A DNA stretch of 64,000 nucleotides from assembly GCA_902778105.1 (NCBI GenBank), contig CACYWN010000003.1, forward strand, positions 23,220 to 87,219, given 5' to 3'. The notes under the pieces were generated by a model, which searched no databases, was not told the origin of the DNA, and was given only the letters and a program-made list of their open reading frames with translations. The number at the start of each line of letters is the position of its first letter. Position 1 is the first letter of the stretch. The position numbers were made by a program, and so were the translations under genes. Shown here one piece after another: positions 48,087-57,161 of the stretch. Origin of the DNA: an uncultured Bacteroidia bacterium (lineage in GTDB: Bacteria > Bacteroidota > Bacteroidia > Bacteroidales > UBA932).

Positions 48087-49427
48087 ATGAGCAATCAACG
48101 TGACTTGACATTCCGTCAGCTGGTGGACCTGAGTTTCGGCTTCCTGGGCGTCCAGATCGCATACGCCCTGCAGAGCGCGAACATCAGCCGCATCTTCGCC
48201 ACCCTGGGCGCCGATCCCCACCAACTGTCGTTCTTCTGGATCCTTCCCCCGCTGATGGGCATGATCGTCCAGCCCCTCATCGGCAAGTGGTCCGACCGCA
48301 CCTGGACCCGGATGGGCCGCCGCAAACCGTACCTCATCGTGGGCGCCGTCATCGCCGTCCTGGTGATGGCCTTCCTGCCGAATGCGGGCTCCCTCCATTT
48401 CTCCACCCGGCTTTTCCTGGGCCTGAACATGGCGATGTGGTTCGGCCTGTTCTCGCTGATCTTCCTGGACACTTCCATCAACGTCGCGATGCAGCCTTTC
48501 AAGATGATGGTGGGCGACATGGTCAATGAGAAGCAGAAGACCACTGCCTACTCCATCCAGAGCTTCCTGTGCAACGCGGGTTCCCTCCTCGGCTACCTGT
48601 TCCCGATCTTCTTCACCTGGATCGGCATTGCGAACGAGGCGCCGGAAGGCGTGGTTCCCGACAGCGTGGTCTACAGCTTCTATGTGGGTGCCGCCATCCT
48701 GATCCTGTGTGTCCTCTATACGTTCCTGCGCGTGAAGGAGATGCCGCCGAAGGAGTATGCCGAATTCCATGGCATCGACCTCCAGAAGCAGGAAAGCAAG
48801 TCAGACAAGGGCCTGATGCAGCTCCTGAAGGAAGCGCCGGCCACCTTCTGGACCGTGGGCCTGGTGCAGTTCTTCTGCTGGGCAGCTTTCCTGTACATGT
48901 GGAATTACACCAACGGCGCCATCGCCGTGAACTGCTGGGGAGTGGACATGGCCGTGAAAGGCGCCGCCGCTTCCGCCGGTTACCAGGCCGCGGGCAACTG
49001 GGTGGGTGTGCTCTTCGCCGTCCAGGCCGTGGGCTCCATCCTGTGGGCGACCGTCCTGCCGCGTTTCAGGAACATCAAGACCGCCTACGTGGTAAGTCTA
49101 CTCATCGGCGCCGCCGGCTTCGCATCGGTGATGTTCATCCACAACCAGTACGCGCTGTTCATAAGCTACTTCCTCATCGGTTTCGCCTGGGCGGCGATGC
49201 TCGCCCTGCCGTTCACCCTGCTGACGAACGCCCTGGAGGGAAGTCCCTACATGGGCTCCTACCTGGGCCTTTTCAACTGCACCATCTGCCTGCCGCAAAT
49301 CGTTGCGGCGGCCACAGGCGGAGGGGTGCTGCGGCTCGTCGGTGACAGTCAGCCCGCGATGCTGCTCGTGGCGGGTGTCTACCTGGTGGTCGGCGCGCTC
49401 TGCGTGAGAATGATCGGAAAGAAATAG
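48087..49427 (+). CDS. MFS sugar transporter (SLC45/maltose-sucrose type)
   Basis: Motifs SFGFLGVQ, VQP.IG..SDRTW...GRR.PY and GLFN..IC.PQI. Confidence 0.9.
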   Translation: MSNQRDLTFRQLVDLSFGFLGVQIAYALQSANISRIFATLGADPHQLSFFWILPPLMGMIVQPLIGKWSDRTWTRMGRRKPYLIVGAVIAVLVMAFLPNAGSLHFSTRLFLGLNMAMWFGLFSLIFLDTSINVAMQPFKMMVGDMVNEKQKTTAYSIQSFLCNAGSLLGYLFPIFFTWIGIANEAPEGVVPDSVVYSFYVGAAILILCVLYTFLRVKEMPPKEYAEFHGIDLQKQESKSDKGLMQLLKEAPATFWTVGLVQFFCWAAFLYMWNYTNGAIAVNCWGVDMAVKGAAASAGYQAAGNWVGVLFAVQAVGSILWATVLPRFRNIKTAYVVSLLIGAAGFASVMFIHNQYALFISYFLIGFAWAAMLALPFTLLTNALEGSPYMGSYLGLFNCTICLPQIVAAATGGGVLRLVGDSQPAMLLVAGVYLVVGALCVRMIGKK

Positions 49428-49462
49428 TTTCAACCAACTAAATATCAACTAACTACACTCTA

Positions 49463-52447
49463 ATGAAAAGGTTATTAACCGCAATCGCAGTGCTTCTCGC
49501 AGCCTGCGCGACCGTATTCGCCCAAGGCGGATACCAGGTTAAAGGTGTGGTAGTCGACGCCCAGGGCCCCGTGATCGGAGCCACTGTTCTCCAGCAAGGG
49601 ACGAACAATGGCACCTCCACAGGCCTGGACGGCGAGTATGTCCTCACCGTTCCCTCTGCCGAAACGCTGGTCGAAGTCAGTTGCATCGGCTATTCGACAC
49701 AGGTGTTTCCCGCCGGCAGCATGCCGGCTACCCTCACCCTCGTCGAAGATACCGAATTTCTGGATGACGTCGTGGTCATCGGTTACGGTACCGTGAAAAA
49801 GAGCGATATGACCGGTTCTGTCGTGGCCATCAAGGCGGACGACATCAACCGTGGCGCCGTCACGTCTCCGGACCAGATGCTCATGGGTAAGGTCGCCGGT
49901 CTGCTTGTGACGCCGGCTACCGGCCAGCCTGGCGCCTCCGCCACCATCCGTATCCGTGGCGCCGCTTCCCTGAATGCCTCCAATGACCCTCTCATCGTCA
50001 TCGATGGAGTTCCGATCACCAGCGACGGTGGTGCCGGAATGGGTAATCCGCTGGCTTCCGTGAACCCGAATGACATCGAAAGCTACTCCGTCCTGAAGGA
50101 TGCTTCCGCCACTGCCATCTATGGTTCCCGTGCTTCCAACGGTGTTATCATCATCACGACCAAGAAGGGCACGGGCAGCAAGCCGAGGGTAAACTACAAC
50201 GGCTCTGTTTCCGTGAAGCAGAATTATCAGTTCTTCAACATGATGAATAGCGGGGAATACTCCGATTACGTCAAGAAGAACTATCCTGCTTCCGCCTCCC
50301 TCCTCGGGTACAAGGACACGCTTTACGACACCGACTGGCAAAAGGAAATCTACCGCCTGGCTCTCCAGACAGACCACAACGTGAGTGTCTATGGAGGCGG
50401 CAGGCTGCCCTTCCGTGTAAGTGCAGGCTACAACCTGGACCAGGCGACTGTGAAAGTGGGCAACAACCAGAGGGCGAATCTCGACGTGAGCCTCTCTCCG
50501 AAGTTCCTGGATGACCATCTCAGCCTCACGTTTAACGCCAAGGGCATCTACCAGATGACCAACTGGGCCAACGGCGGTGCTATCGGAAACGCCCTGTCCT
50601 TCGATCCTACCAAACCCACCGTGTTCCCGGAGGGCGACCCGAAAGCCGGTGTGATCTGGAACTGGTACGGTTCCTCCGGTGACCCGAATACGATGGCCTC
50701 CACCAACCCCCTCTCCAACCTGTACGAATGGAAGGATATGAACCATACGCTCCGTTCCATCGGCAACATCCAGGCAGATTACAAGATCCATGGTTTTGAA
50801 GACCTTCGGGTCAATGCCAACCTGGGTTATGATATTGCGAAGACCGAAGGGGGCAAGTACAACGAGATAGGCTCTTTCTCGTCCAAGGCATCCAGTCCGG
50901 ACCTTGCCGAGGACTATAAGAATTTCAACTCCAACGTGGTGTTCGAAATCTACGGCGACTATTCTCATGATTTCGGCTGGTCCAACATCGACGTCATGGC
51001 CGGTTATTCCTGGCAGCACAACTTTGTACAGTACGACCATACGTACTTCCGGAATGTGGACCCCCGCTGGCAGGAAGCCGACATTTACTCTCCGCTTGTA
51101 TCTGACAAGAAAGAGTACTATCTGCTTTCCTTCTTCGGCCGAATCAACTACAACATCCTGGACCGTTACCTCTTCACAGTGACCCTGCGTGACGACGCTT
51201 CTTCCCGTTTCAGCCCGAAGAACCGCTGGGGTCTCTTCCCTTCGGCCGCTTTCGCCTGGAACATAAAGAACGAAAGCTTCCTGAAGGATGTCGCGGTATT
51301 GTCCCAGTTGAAACTCCGCCTGGGTTGGGGCCGTACCGGTCAGCAGGATATCGGCAGCAACTACTACCCGTATCTGGCGAAATACTCCTTCTCCACCTCT
51401 CCGAACATGATGTACGATATGGGTGGACAGCGTTACGCCACCTTCTCTCCGCAGGCTTATAATCCGAGATTGAAGTGGGAAACCACGGAAACCCTCAACG
51501 TTGGCCTCGACTTCGCCTTCCTGGGCGAAACCGTCACCGGTAGCATCGAAGCCTATCGCCGCGAGACCTTCGACCTCCTGAACGAGGTGAGCGCCCCTCT
51601 GGGCACCAACTTCTCCAACCGGGTCATGTCCAACGTCGGTAATATGCTCAACCAGGGCGTTGAAATCAATCTCAACTACAACCTCATCGAAACCCGTGAC
51701 TGGCATTGGAGCCTGGGTGGCAACGTCACTTTCCAGGAAATCACCATCACGAAGCTCACGGAGTTCGACGATGACTATCCCGGCGTACACGTGGGTACGA
51801 CCATGGGTTCGAACGAAGGTTACAGCTCGTTGTACAAGACGGGTCTCTCGCCGTTCACTTATTATCTCTATAAGCAAGTGTATGACACCGAAGGCCGCCC
51901 GATCATGAACATGCTTGCAGACATGAACGATGACGGCAACATCACGGAAGCCGACCGTTATATCACCAACAAGAGCGCCGCGCCGTGGATGTTCTTCGGA
52001 GTTAATACGCACGTTGGATACAAGAACTGGGACTTCTCCATCAACGGGCACGGTTCTTTGGGCAATTGGGCCCTGAACAAGGTCCGTAAAGGTTATTCCT
52101 ATTCCTACGGCATCGTGGATGCTACCGCCAAGGGCTATGTCAATAACCTGAACAAGGACTTCCTCTATCCTGAGTGGCAGAATGTCATGTCGACCGCCCA
52201 GGAATACTCGGATCTCTGGGTGGAGGATGCCTCCTTCTTCAAGATTGACGATATCAATCTGGGTTACACCTTCAAACTGGGCAGGAAGTGGGCTGAATCC
52301 GTCCGCGTCGCGGGCTCCGTGCAGAATGTCTGCACCTTCACCAACTACTCCGGCCTGGATCCCGAACTCCCGAACATGGACGGCGTCGACGGCAACTTCA
52401 TGCCCCGTCCCCGCCTGTACACGGTTCGCCTGAACATCAACTTCTAA
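49463..52447 (+). CDS. susC: SusC/RagA TonB-dependent transporter
   Basis: Motifs VVVIGYG, PL.VIDG, LKDASATAIYGSRASNGVIIITTKKG and LKWETT. C-terminal Phe. Confidence 0.96.
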   Translation: MKRLLTAIAVLLAACATVFAQGGYQVKGVVVDAQGPVIGATVLQQGTNNGTSTGLDGEYVLTVPSAETLVEVSCIGYSTQVFPAGSMPATLTLVEDTEFLDDVVVIGYGTVKKSDMTGSVVAIKADDINRGAVTSPDQMLMGKVAGLLVTPATGQPGASATIRIRGAASLNASNDPLIVIDGVPITSDGGAGMGNPLASVNPNDIESYSVLKDASATAIYGSRASNGVIIITTKKGTGSKPRVNYNGSVSVKQNYQFFNMMNSGEYSDYVKKNYPASASLLGYKDTLYDTDWQKEIYRLALQTDHNVSVYGGGRLPFRVSAGYNLDQATVKVGNNQRANLDVSLSPKFLDDHLSLTFNAKGIYQMTNWANGGAIGNALSFDPTKPTVFPEGDPKAGVIWNWYGSSGDPNTMASTNPLSNLYEWKDMNHTLRSIGNIQADYKIHGFEDLRVNANLGYDIAKTEGGKYNEIGSFSSKASSPDLAEDYKNFNSNVVFEIYGDYSHDFGWSNIDVMAGYSWQHNFVQYDHTYFRNVDPRWQEADIYSPLVSDKKEYYLLSFFGRINYNILDRYLFTVTLRDDASSRFSPKNRWGLFPSAAFAWNIKNESFLKDVAVLSQLKLRLGWGRTGQQDIGSNYYPYLAKYSFSTSPNMMYDMGGQRYATFSPQAYNPRLKWETTETLNVGLDFAFLGETVTGSIEAYRRETFDLLNEVSAPLGTNFSNRVMSNVGNMLNQGVEINLNYNLIETRDWHWSLGGNVTFQEITITKLTEFDDDYPGVHVGTTMGSNEGYSSLYKTGLSPFTYYLYKQVYDTEGRPIMNMLADMNDDGNITEADRYITNKSAAPWMFFGVNTHVGYKNWDFSINGHGSLGNWALNKVRKGYSYSYGIVDATAKGYVNNLNKDFLYPEWQNVMSTAQEYSDLWVEDASFFKIDDINLGYTFKLGRKWAESVRVAGSVQNVCTFTNYSGLDPELPNMDGVDGNFMPRPRLYTVRLNINF

Positions 52448-52460
52448 TGGGAGACAGAAT

Positions 52461-54083
52461 ATGAAAAAGATCAATAATATCCTCGTTACCGTTCTCGCGC
52501 TTGCAACGCTCGTCTCCTGTATCAAGGACCTGAATACGCTTCCGCTGAACGATTATGACACCACCTCGGAGGATGCCTACGTTGACCAAGCCAGTTATCT
52601 CAGCGGCCTTGCCTATATCAACGCCTACTACAACTTTGTCAGCCAGAACTCCGCAGGCAATTCCGACCTTTCGTTCGATGACGCCGGCCAGAGCGAACTT
52701 CTCCGCCAATGGATGGTGATGAACGACCTTCCCACCAAGTCCCAGGATATCGGCTGGGGTGACTCCTACATTATGGACATCACCAATCACACCTGGACCA
52801 ATGCCGACAACAATGCCTTCATCGCCGTGTATACCCGCTGTATGAAGGGCATTGCCCTGGTGAACGAGTACCTGCTCCAGACGACGGACCAGAAACTCGA
52901 ACTCCGCGGCCACACCGACTTCAAGGATGCCATCGCCCAGTACCGCGCAGAGGCCACGTTCCACCGTGCCATGTTCTACTATATCCTGATGGACCTGTTC
53001 GGCAATCCGCCGCTCGCCCTGGAAGAGAATATCGGCGGTGAACTTCCCAAGCAAATCAAGCGCGCCGACCTTTTCGTCTGGCTTGAGAAGCAATTGCTTG
53101 ACCTTCTCAAGGAAGATTCCGCCATGCCCGCCAAAGGTGCTGTTCCGTATCCGCGTCCCAACAAGGATGCCGTCAAAGCCCTTCTTGCGCGTATGTACCT
53201 GAACGCCGAAATCTACACAGGTACCGCCCGTTGGGAGGACGCTAAGCAGTACGCCAAGGAAGTGATTGACAATGGCTACAGTCTGCATCCGAACTACCGC
53301 GAACTGTTTCTTTACGATAATGGCCAGACCTGCGCCAACGATGAGTTCATCTTCGCCATTGAATATGATGCTGAAAAGGCCCAGAGCTGGGGTGGTACCA
53401 CGACCCTCTGCAGCGGTGCTTTCAGCGATGAGATGAACGAGATCGTTGCCAAATACCTGGGTGTTACCGAAGTGAATTATGTTTCCCCGGAAAAATGGAA
53501 CGGTTATCACCTGAATCCTGAATTCCTGACGGAGAACGATGCCGTTCTCAGCGATGTCAACTGGGATGGAAATGGCCTTGGCTTTGATCCGGAAAAAAGT
53601 GACCGTCGTCTGCTCATCTGCAACCAAGGGGATCCCAACTACAAGGCTTCCATTTCCACCTCCGGCTGGAGAGTCTGGAAGTGGACCAGCATGAGGTCCG
53701 ACGGATATGTGTACAAACGCGGTGGTGACGACAGTGACGACTGGAAACTTTCCAGTGCCGATTTTGCCATCTTCCGCCTTCCGGAAATGTACTACATCTA
53801 TGCTGAGTCCGATGCCCGTCTCCACGGCGGCACCACTTCTGATGCTACTGCCGTAGGTTATATCAGGGCGCTCCGTAACCGTGCCGGCCTCACTACCAAG
53901 GCCTCCCTTTCCGTTGAAGACATCCTTAAGGACAAGGCTGTCGAGTACCTCTGGGAAGGCCAGCGCCGCCAGGACGAGATCCGTCTGGGCATCTTCGATT
54001 CCGACAAGAACCGCTGGATTTATCCGATTCTGGAGTCCGACCGCGCCGCCAACGGCAACCTCGAACAGAACCCCGGTTATTAA
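52461..54083 (+). CDS. susD: SusD/RagB glycan-binding lipoprotein
   Basis: Lipobox LVSC. Motifs AEA.F.RA..Y..L.DLFG..P, LLAR.YLNAE, E..WEG.RR.D and QNPGY. Confidence 0.93.
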   Translation: MKKINNILVTVLALATLVSCIKDLNTLPLNDYDTTSEDAYVDQASYLSGLAYINAYYNFVSQNSAGNSDLSFDDAGQSELLRQWMVMNDLPTKSQDIGWGDSYIMDITNHTWTNADNNAFIAVYTRCMKGIALVNEYLLQTTDQKLELRGHTDFKDAIAQYRAEATFHRAMFYYILMDLFGNPPLALEENIGGELPKQIKRADLFVWLEKQLLDLLKEDSAMPAKGAVPYPRPNKDAVKALLARMYLNAEIYTGTARWEDAKQYAKEVIDNGYSLHPNYRELFLYDNGQTCANDEFIFAIEYDAEKAQSWGGTTTLCSGAFSDEMNEIVAKYLGVTEVNYVSPEKWNGYHLNPEFLTENDAVLSDVNWDGNGLGFDPEKSDRRLLICNQGDPNYKASISTSGWRVWKWTSMRSDGYVYKRGGDDSDDWKLSSADFAIFRLPEMYYIYAESDARLHGGTTSDATAVGYIRALRNRAGLTTKASLSVEDILKDKAVEYLWEGQRRQDEIRLGIFDSDKNRWIYPILESDRAANGNLEQNPGY

Positions 54084-54095
54084 TAGATCCCCGCT

Positions 54096-57089
54096 ATGAG
54101 AAAAGTATTATCCATTATTGCCGCAGGGTTGGCTGCTTTGACGGTTTTCTCCTGCGCGAAAGAAGAAGACAAGATCATTTTCGACCCTTCTGACGTCGTG
54201 GCACCGGTTGTCAATGATTATGAAATCACCGACAACGCACTCGCCGTGCACTACACGGCCGCCCAGTTCGCTGAAGGTATCCAGAAGGCCGTACACGGTA
54301 TCGTACTTACCAATGTGGATGGCAAGGCTGTAGAAACCGAACTCGCGGCCTCCGAGAAGGAAGAGGGTATCCTATCCGTATCCAAGTCCGCCTTGAACAA
54401 GGCCTTGGCAGCAGAAGGCATGGAAGAAGGCGCTGTCTGCAGTTTCTCCTTTATCGTCCGTGCCACCCTTGCCGTGGCCAACTTCGTCATCGACTCGAAG
54501 AATACCGGTGACGTTTCCGGCTATGAATTGCCCGCCACCCCGTCCAACCCTTGGATCGACTTCAAGGATGTGTCCGCATGGGGCGTCACGGGTTCCATCG
54601 CCAGTGCCGGCTTGAACTGGGACAAGGATATCGTCATGTATACCGACGGCGGCCGCCATGTTGCCCGCAACGTGAAACTGACGCCTTCGGACCAGTTTAA
54701 GTTCCGTAAGGATCACGCATGGGGTGAGAACTTCGGTGGCGAAGGCGACGTTGAACCTTTCGTCTGCGAACTGGGGACTGAGTATGTCGCCGTTGCCGGC
54801 GGTAAGAACCTGGGTGTTGCTGCCGAGGGCGTCTATGACCTCCTGCTGGACACCGATGCCGGTACGTTCACCGTGCTCGAGGCATTCGTCACCTATCCTG
54901 GTTTCGACGAGGATTCCCCTTGGAGCGTGATCGGTGCCATTGAGAGCTTTGAAATGAACTGGGACAAGGATATCGCCATGACCACCAATGGTGAATGGCA
55001 TGTTGCCGAAGGTGTCGAGCTGAAGGCTACCGACCAGTTCAAGTTCCGCAAGGACCAGGCATGGGGTGAGAACTTCGGTGCCGAAGGCGACGTCGAGCCG
55101 TTCATCTGCGAACTGGATACCGAGTATCCGGCCTCCGCCGGCGGCAAGAATCTCGCTGTCGCCGTCGACGGTGCGTATGATCTCCTTGTCAATCCGGAAG
55201 CCAAACTGTTCAAGGTCGTCGAAACCCTCGGCGGCAAGAGTGGCCTGATTGGCGGCAGTGATGATCCCGGTCCTGAACCGCCGGCAGTGACCGGATGGAA
55301 CATCATAGGCCTGAACGGCGACTGGGACAATGACGTCATCGCCACCCAGAACGGAAGTGTCTGGAGCGCTTACATTACGGCCAATGGGGAGACGGACTTC
55401 AAGTGGCGCAAGGATGGCGGCTGGGACGAGAACTACGGCGGTACCCTCCTGACCCTCGGCGAGCCCTTCGATGCCGTGGCCGGCGGTGACAACATCAAGG
55501 TCGGCGCTGGTTTCTACAAGGTGGAACTCGATACCGAGGCCTTGACCATCACCGTGAGCGAAGGCAACGTGTATTCCCTCATCGGGGAAATCAACGGCGA
55601 TGCCTGGTCCAAGGATGTGTTCATGACCGAGAAGGACGGCGTGTGGTCGAGCGTGACCGTCGCCATTGAAGGCGGTTTCAAGATCCGTCACAACTGTTCC
55701 TGGGCCGACGAGAACGTGTACGGCGCCGAAGACGGCTTCACGGCCGAGCCCGGTGTCGCCTTCACGGCCGTTCAGCCCGGCGGCAACATCTCCGTCGCGC
55801 CCGGCCAGTACAAGGTGACCTTCAATCCGGAGACGAAGGAAGTGCTCATCGGCGAATCCAAGTATCCGGAGCATCTGTACATGATCGGCGAGGAGTTCGG
55901 CAGCTGGAACTGGGATTCCGACGATGTGGTGGAGATGACGCCGGTGATCTACCAACCCGACTGGGGCGCCGGCAGCAATAACAGTGAGGCCCAGTTCTGG
56001 ACCATCCGTTACATCAGCGCAGGCAAGGGCTTCAAGTTCAGCCCGGAACGTGCCTGGGGCAAGGATTTCTGGGGCCTGACCTCCAACGACGGCTTCACCG
56101 AGGCGGGCGGCAACTGCACCGTCGCCGAGGATGGCATCTACCTCATCCATGTCGACATGAAGAACGAGAAGGTCCATGTGGAACCGGCCCGTGTCTATGG
56201 CATCGGCAACTGCTTCGGCGGCTGGAACGAGGCCATGGAGGGTGCACTCTTCACGGCGGACGGCAAGACGCTGAAGGCGACCGTCGCGGCCGCCGGCGAA
56301 CTCCGCATGTATGTGGCCTCCTCCATTTCCACTTCGGAGTGGTGGACCCGCGAGTTCATCATCCTGGATGGCATGATCGACTACCGCGGCGACGATGAGG
56401 GCCAGGGCGACCAGGCGCGCGTGAGCGTGCAGGCCGGCCAGGTCGTGACCCTCGACTTCAATGCCGGCACCGGTTCCATCACCGGCGAAGGCGAAGCTCC
56501 GACGCTTCCGGAGACGATGTACATCATCGGCGACGGTGTCGGCGGCTGGGACTGGGCTGGCGATTACATCGTGGACATGACCCCGGTCAACGGCAAGCCC
56601 GGCCAGTTCTGGGCCATCCGCAGCATCGAGGCCGGCAAGGGCTTCAAGTTCTGTGCGGTCAAGGAGTGGAACAACGATTTCACCGGTCTGGGAGAAGACA
56701 CCGGCTACACCGTGGACGGCGGCAACTGCTATGTCGCGGAGAGCGGCGTGTACATGATCTATGTCGACGTCGACAATAAGAGGCTGTGCGTGGAACCTGC
56801 CCAGGTGTACGGCATCGGCGAATGCTTCGGCGGCTGGGACCAGGGCATGGACAACGCCCTGTTCGCGGCGGCAGACGGAAAGCTCTCCGTCACCGTCCCG
56901 AACGCCGGCGAACTCCGGATATATGCTGCCTCCTCCATCGCGACGAGCGACTGGTGGACCCGCGAGTTCATCATCCTGGACGGCAAGATCGCCTACCGTG
57001 GAAACGGCGGTGACCAGGAACGCGTCTCCGTGGCCGCCGGTGCCAAGGTAACCCTCGACTTCAACGCCGGGACCGGCGTGATCGAATAA
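54096..57089 (+). CDS. SusE/SusF-like multi-CBM starch-binding surface lipoprotein
   Basis: Lipobox FSC. Repeated W...G...W..D..M...FKFR...W..NFG modules and two LRMY/IY...WWTREF modules. Confidence 0.85.
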   Translation: MRKVLSIIAAGLAALTVFSCAKEEDKIIFDPSDVVAPVVNDYEITDNALAVHYTAAQFAEGIQKAVHGIVLTNVDGKAVETELAASEKEEGILSVSKSALNKALAAEGMEEGAVCSFSFIVRATLAVANFVIDSKNTGDVSGYELPATPSNPWIDFKDVSAWGVTGSIASAGLNWDKDIVMYTDGGRHVARNVKLTPSDQFKFRKDHAWGENFGGEGDVEPFVCELGTEYVAVAGGKNLGVAAEGVYDLLLDTDAGTFTVLEAFVTYPGFDEDSPWSVIGAIESFEMNWDKDIAMTTNGEWHVAEGVELKATDQFKFRKDQAWGENFGAEGDVEPFICELDTEYPASAGGKNLAVAVDGAYDLLVNPEAKLFKVVETLGGKSGLIGGSDDPGPEPPAVTGWNIIGLNGDWDNDVIATQNGSVWSAYITANGETDFKWRKDGGWDENYGGTLLTLGEPFDAVAGGDNIKVGAGFYKVELDTEALTITVSEGNVYSLIGEINGDAWSKDVFMTEKDGVWSSVTVAIEGGFKIRHNCSWADENVYGAEDGFTAEPGVAFTAVQPGGNISVAPGQYKVTFNPETKEVLIGESKYPEHLYMIGEEFGSWNWDSDDVVEMTPVIYQPDWGAGSNNSEAQFWTIRYISAGKGFKFSPERAWGKDFWGLTSNDGFTEAGGNCTVAEDGIYLIHVDMKNEKVHVEPARVYGIGNCFGGWNEAMEGALFTADGKTLKATVAAAGELRMYVASSISTSEWWTREFIILDGMIDYRGDDEGQGDQARVSVQAGQVVTLDFNAGTGSITGEGEAPTLPETMYIIGDGVGGWDWAGDYIVDMTPVNGKPGQFWAIRSIEAGKGFKFCAVKEWNNDFTGLGEDTGYTVDGGNCYVAESGVYMIYVDVDNKRLCVEPAQVYGIGECFGGWDQGMDNALFAAADGKLSVTVPNAGELRIYAASSIATSDWWTREFIILDGKIAYRGNGGDQERVSVAAGAKVTLDFNAGTGVIE

Positions 57090-57098
57090 TCCTTTCCG

Positions 57099-57126
57099 GG
57101 CCGGGGCCCCTGACCGGACCCCGGCC
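57099..57126 (+). terminator. GC-rich stem-loop after the susE/F-like gene
   Basis: GGCCGGGG (57099-57106) pairs with CCCCGGCC (57119-57126). A T-run follows about 14 nt later. Confidence 0.45.
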
Positions 57127-57161
57127 TGCCAATTACATCTTTTTTATAGATTTGCAGTATT

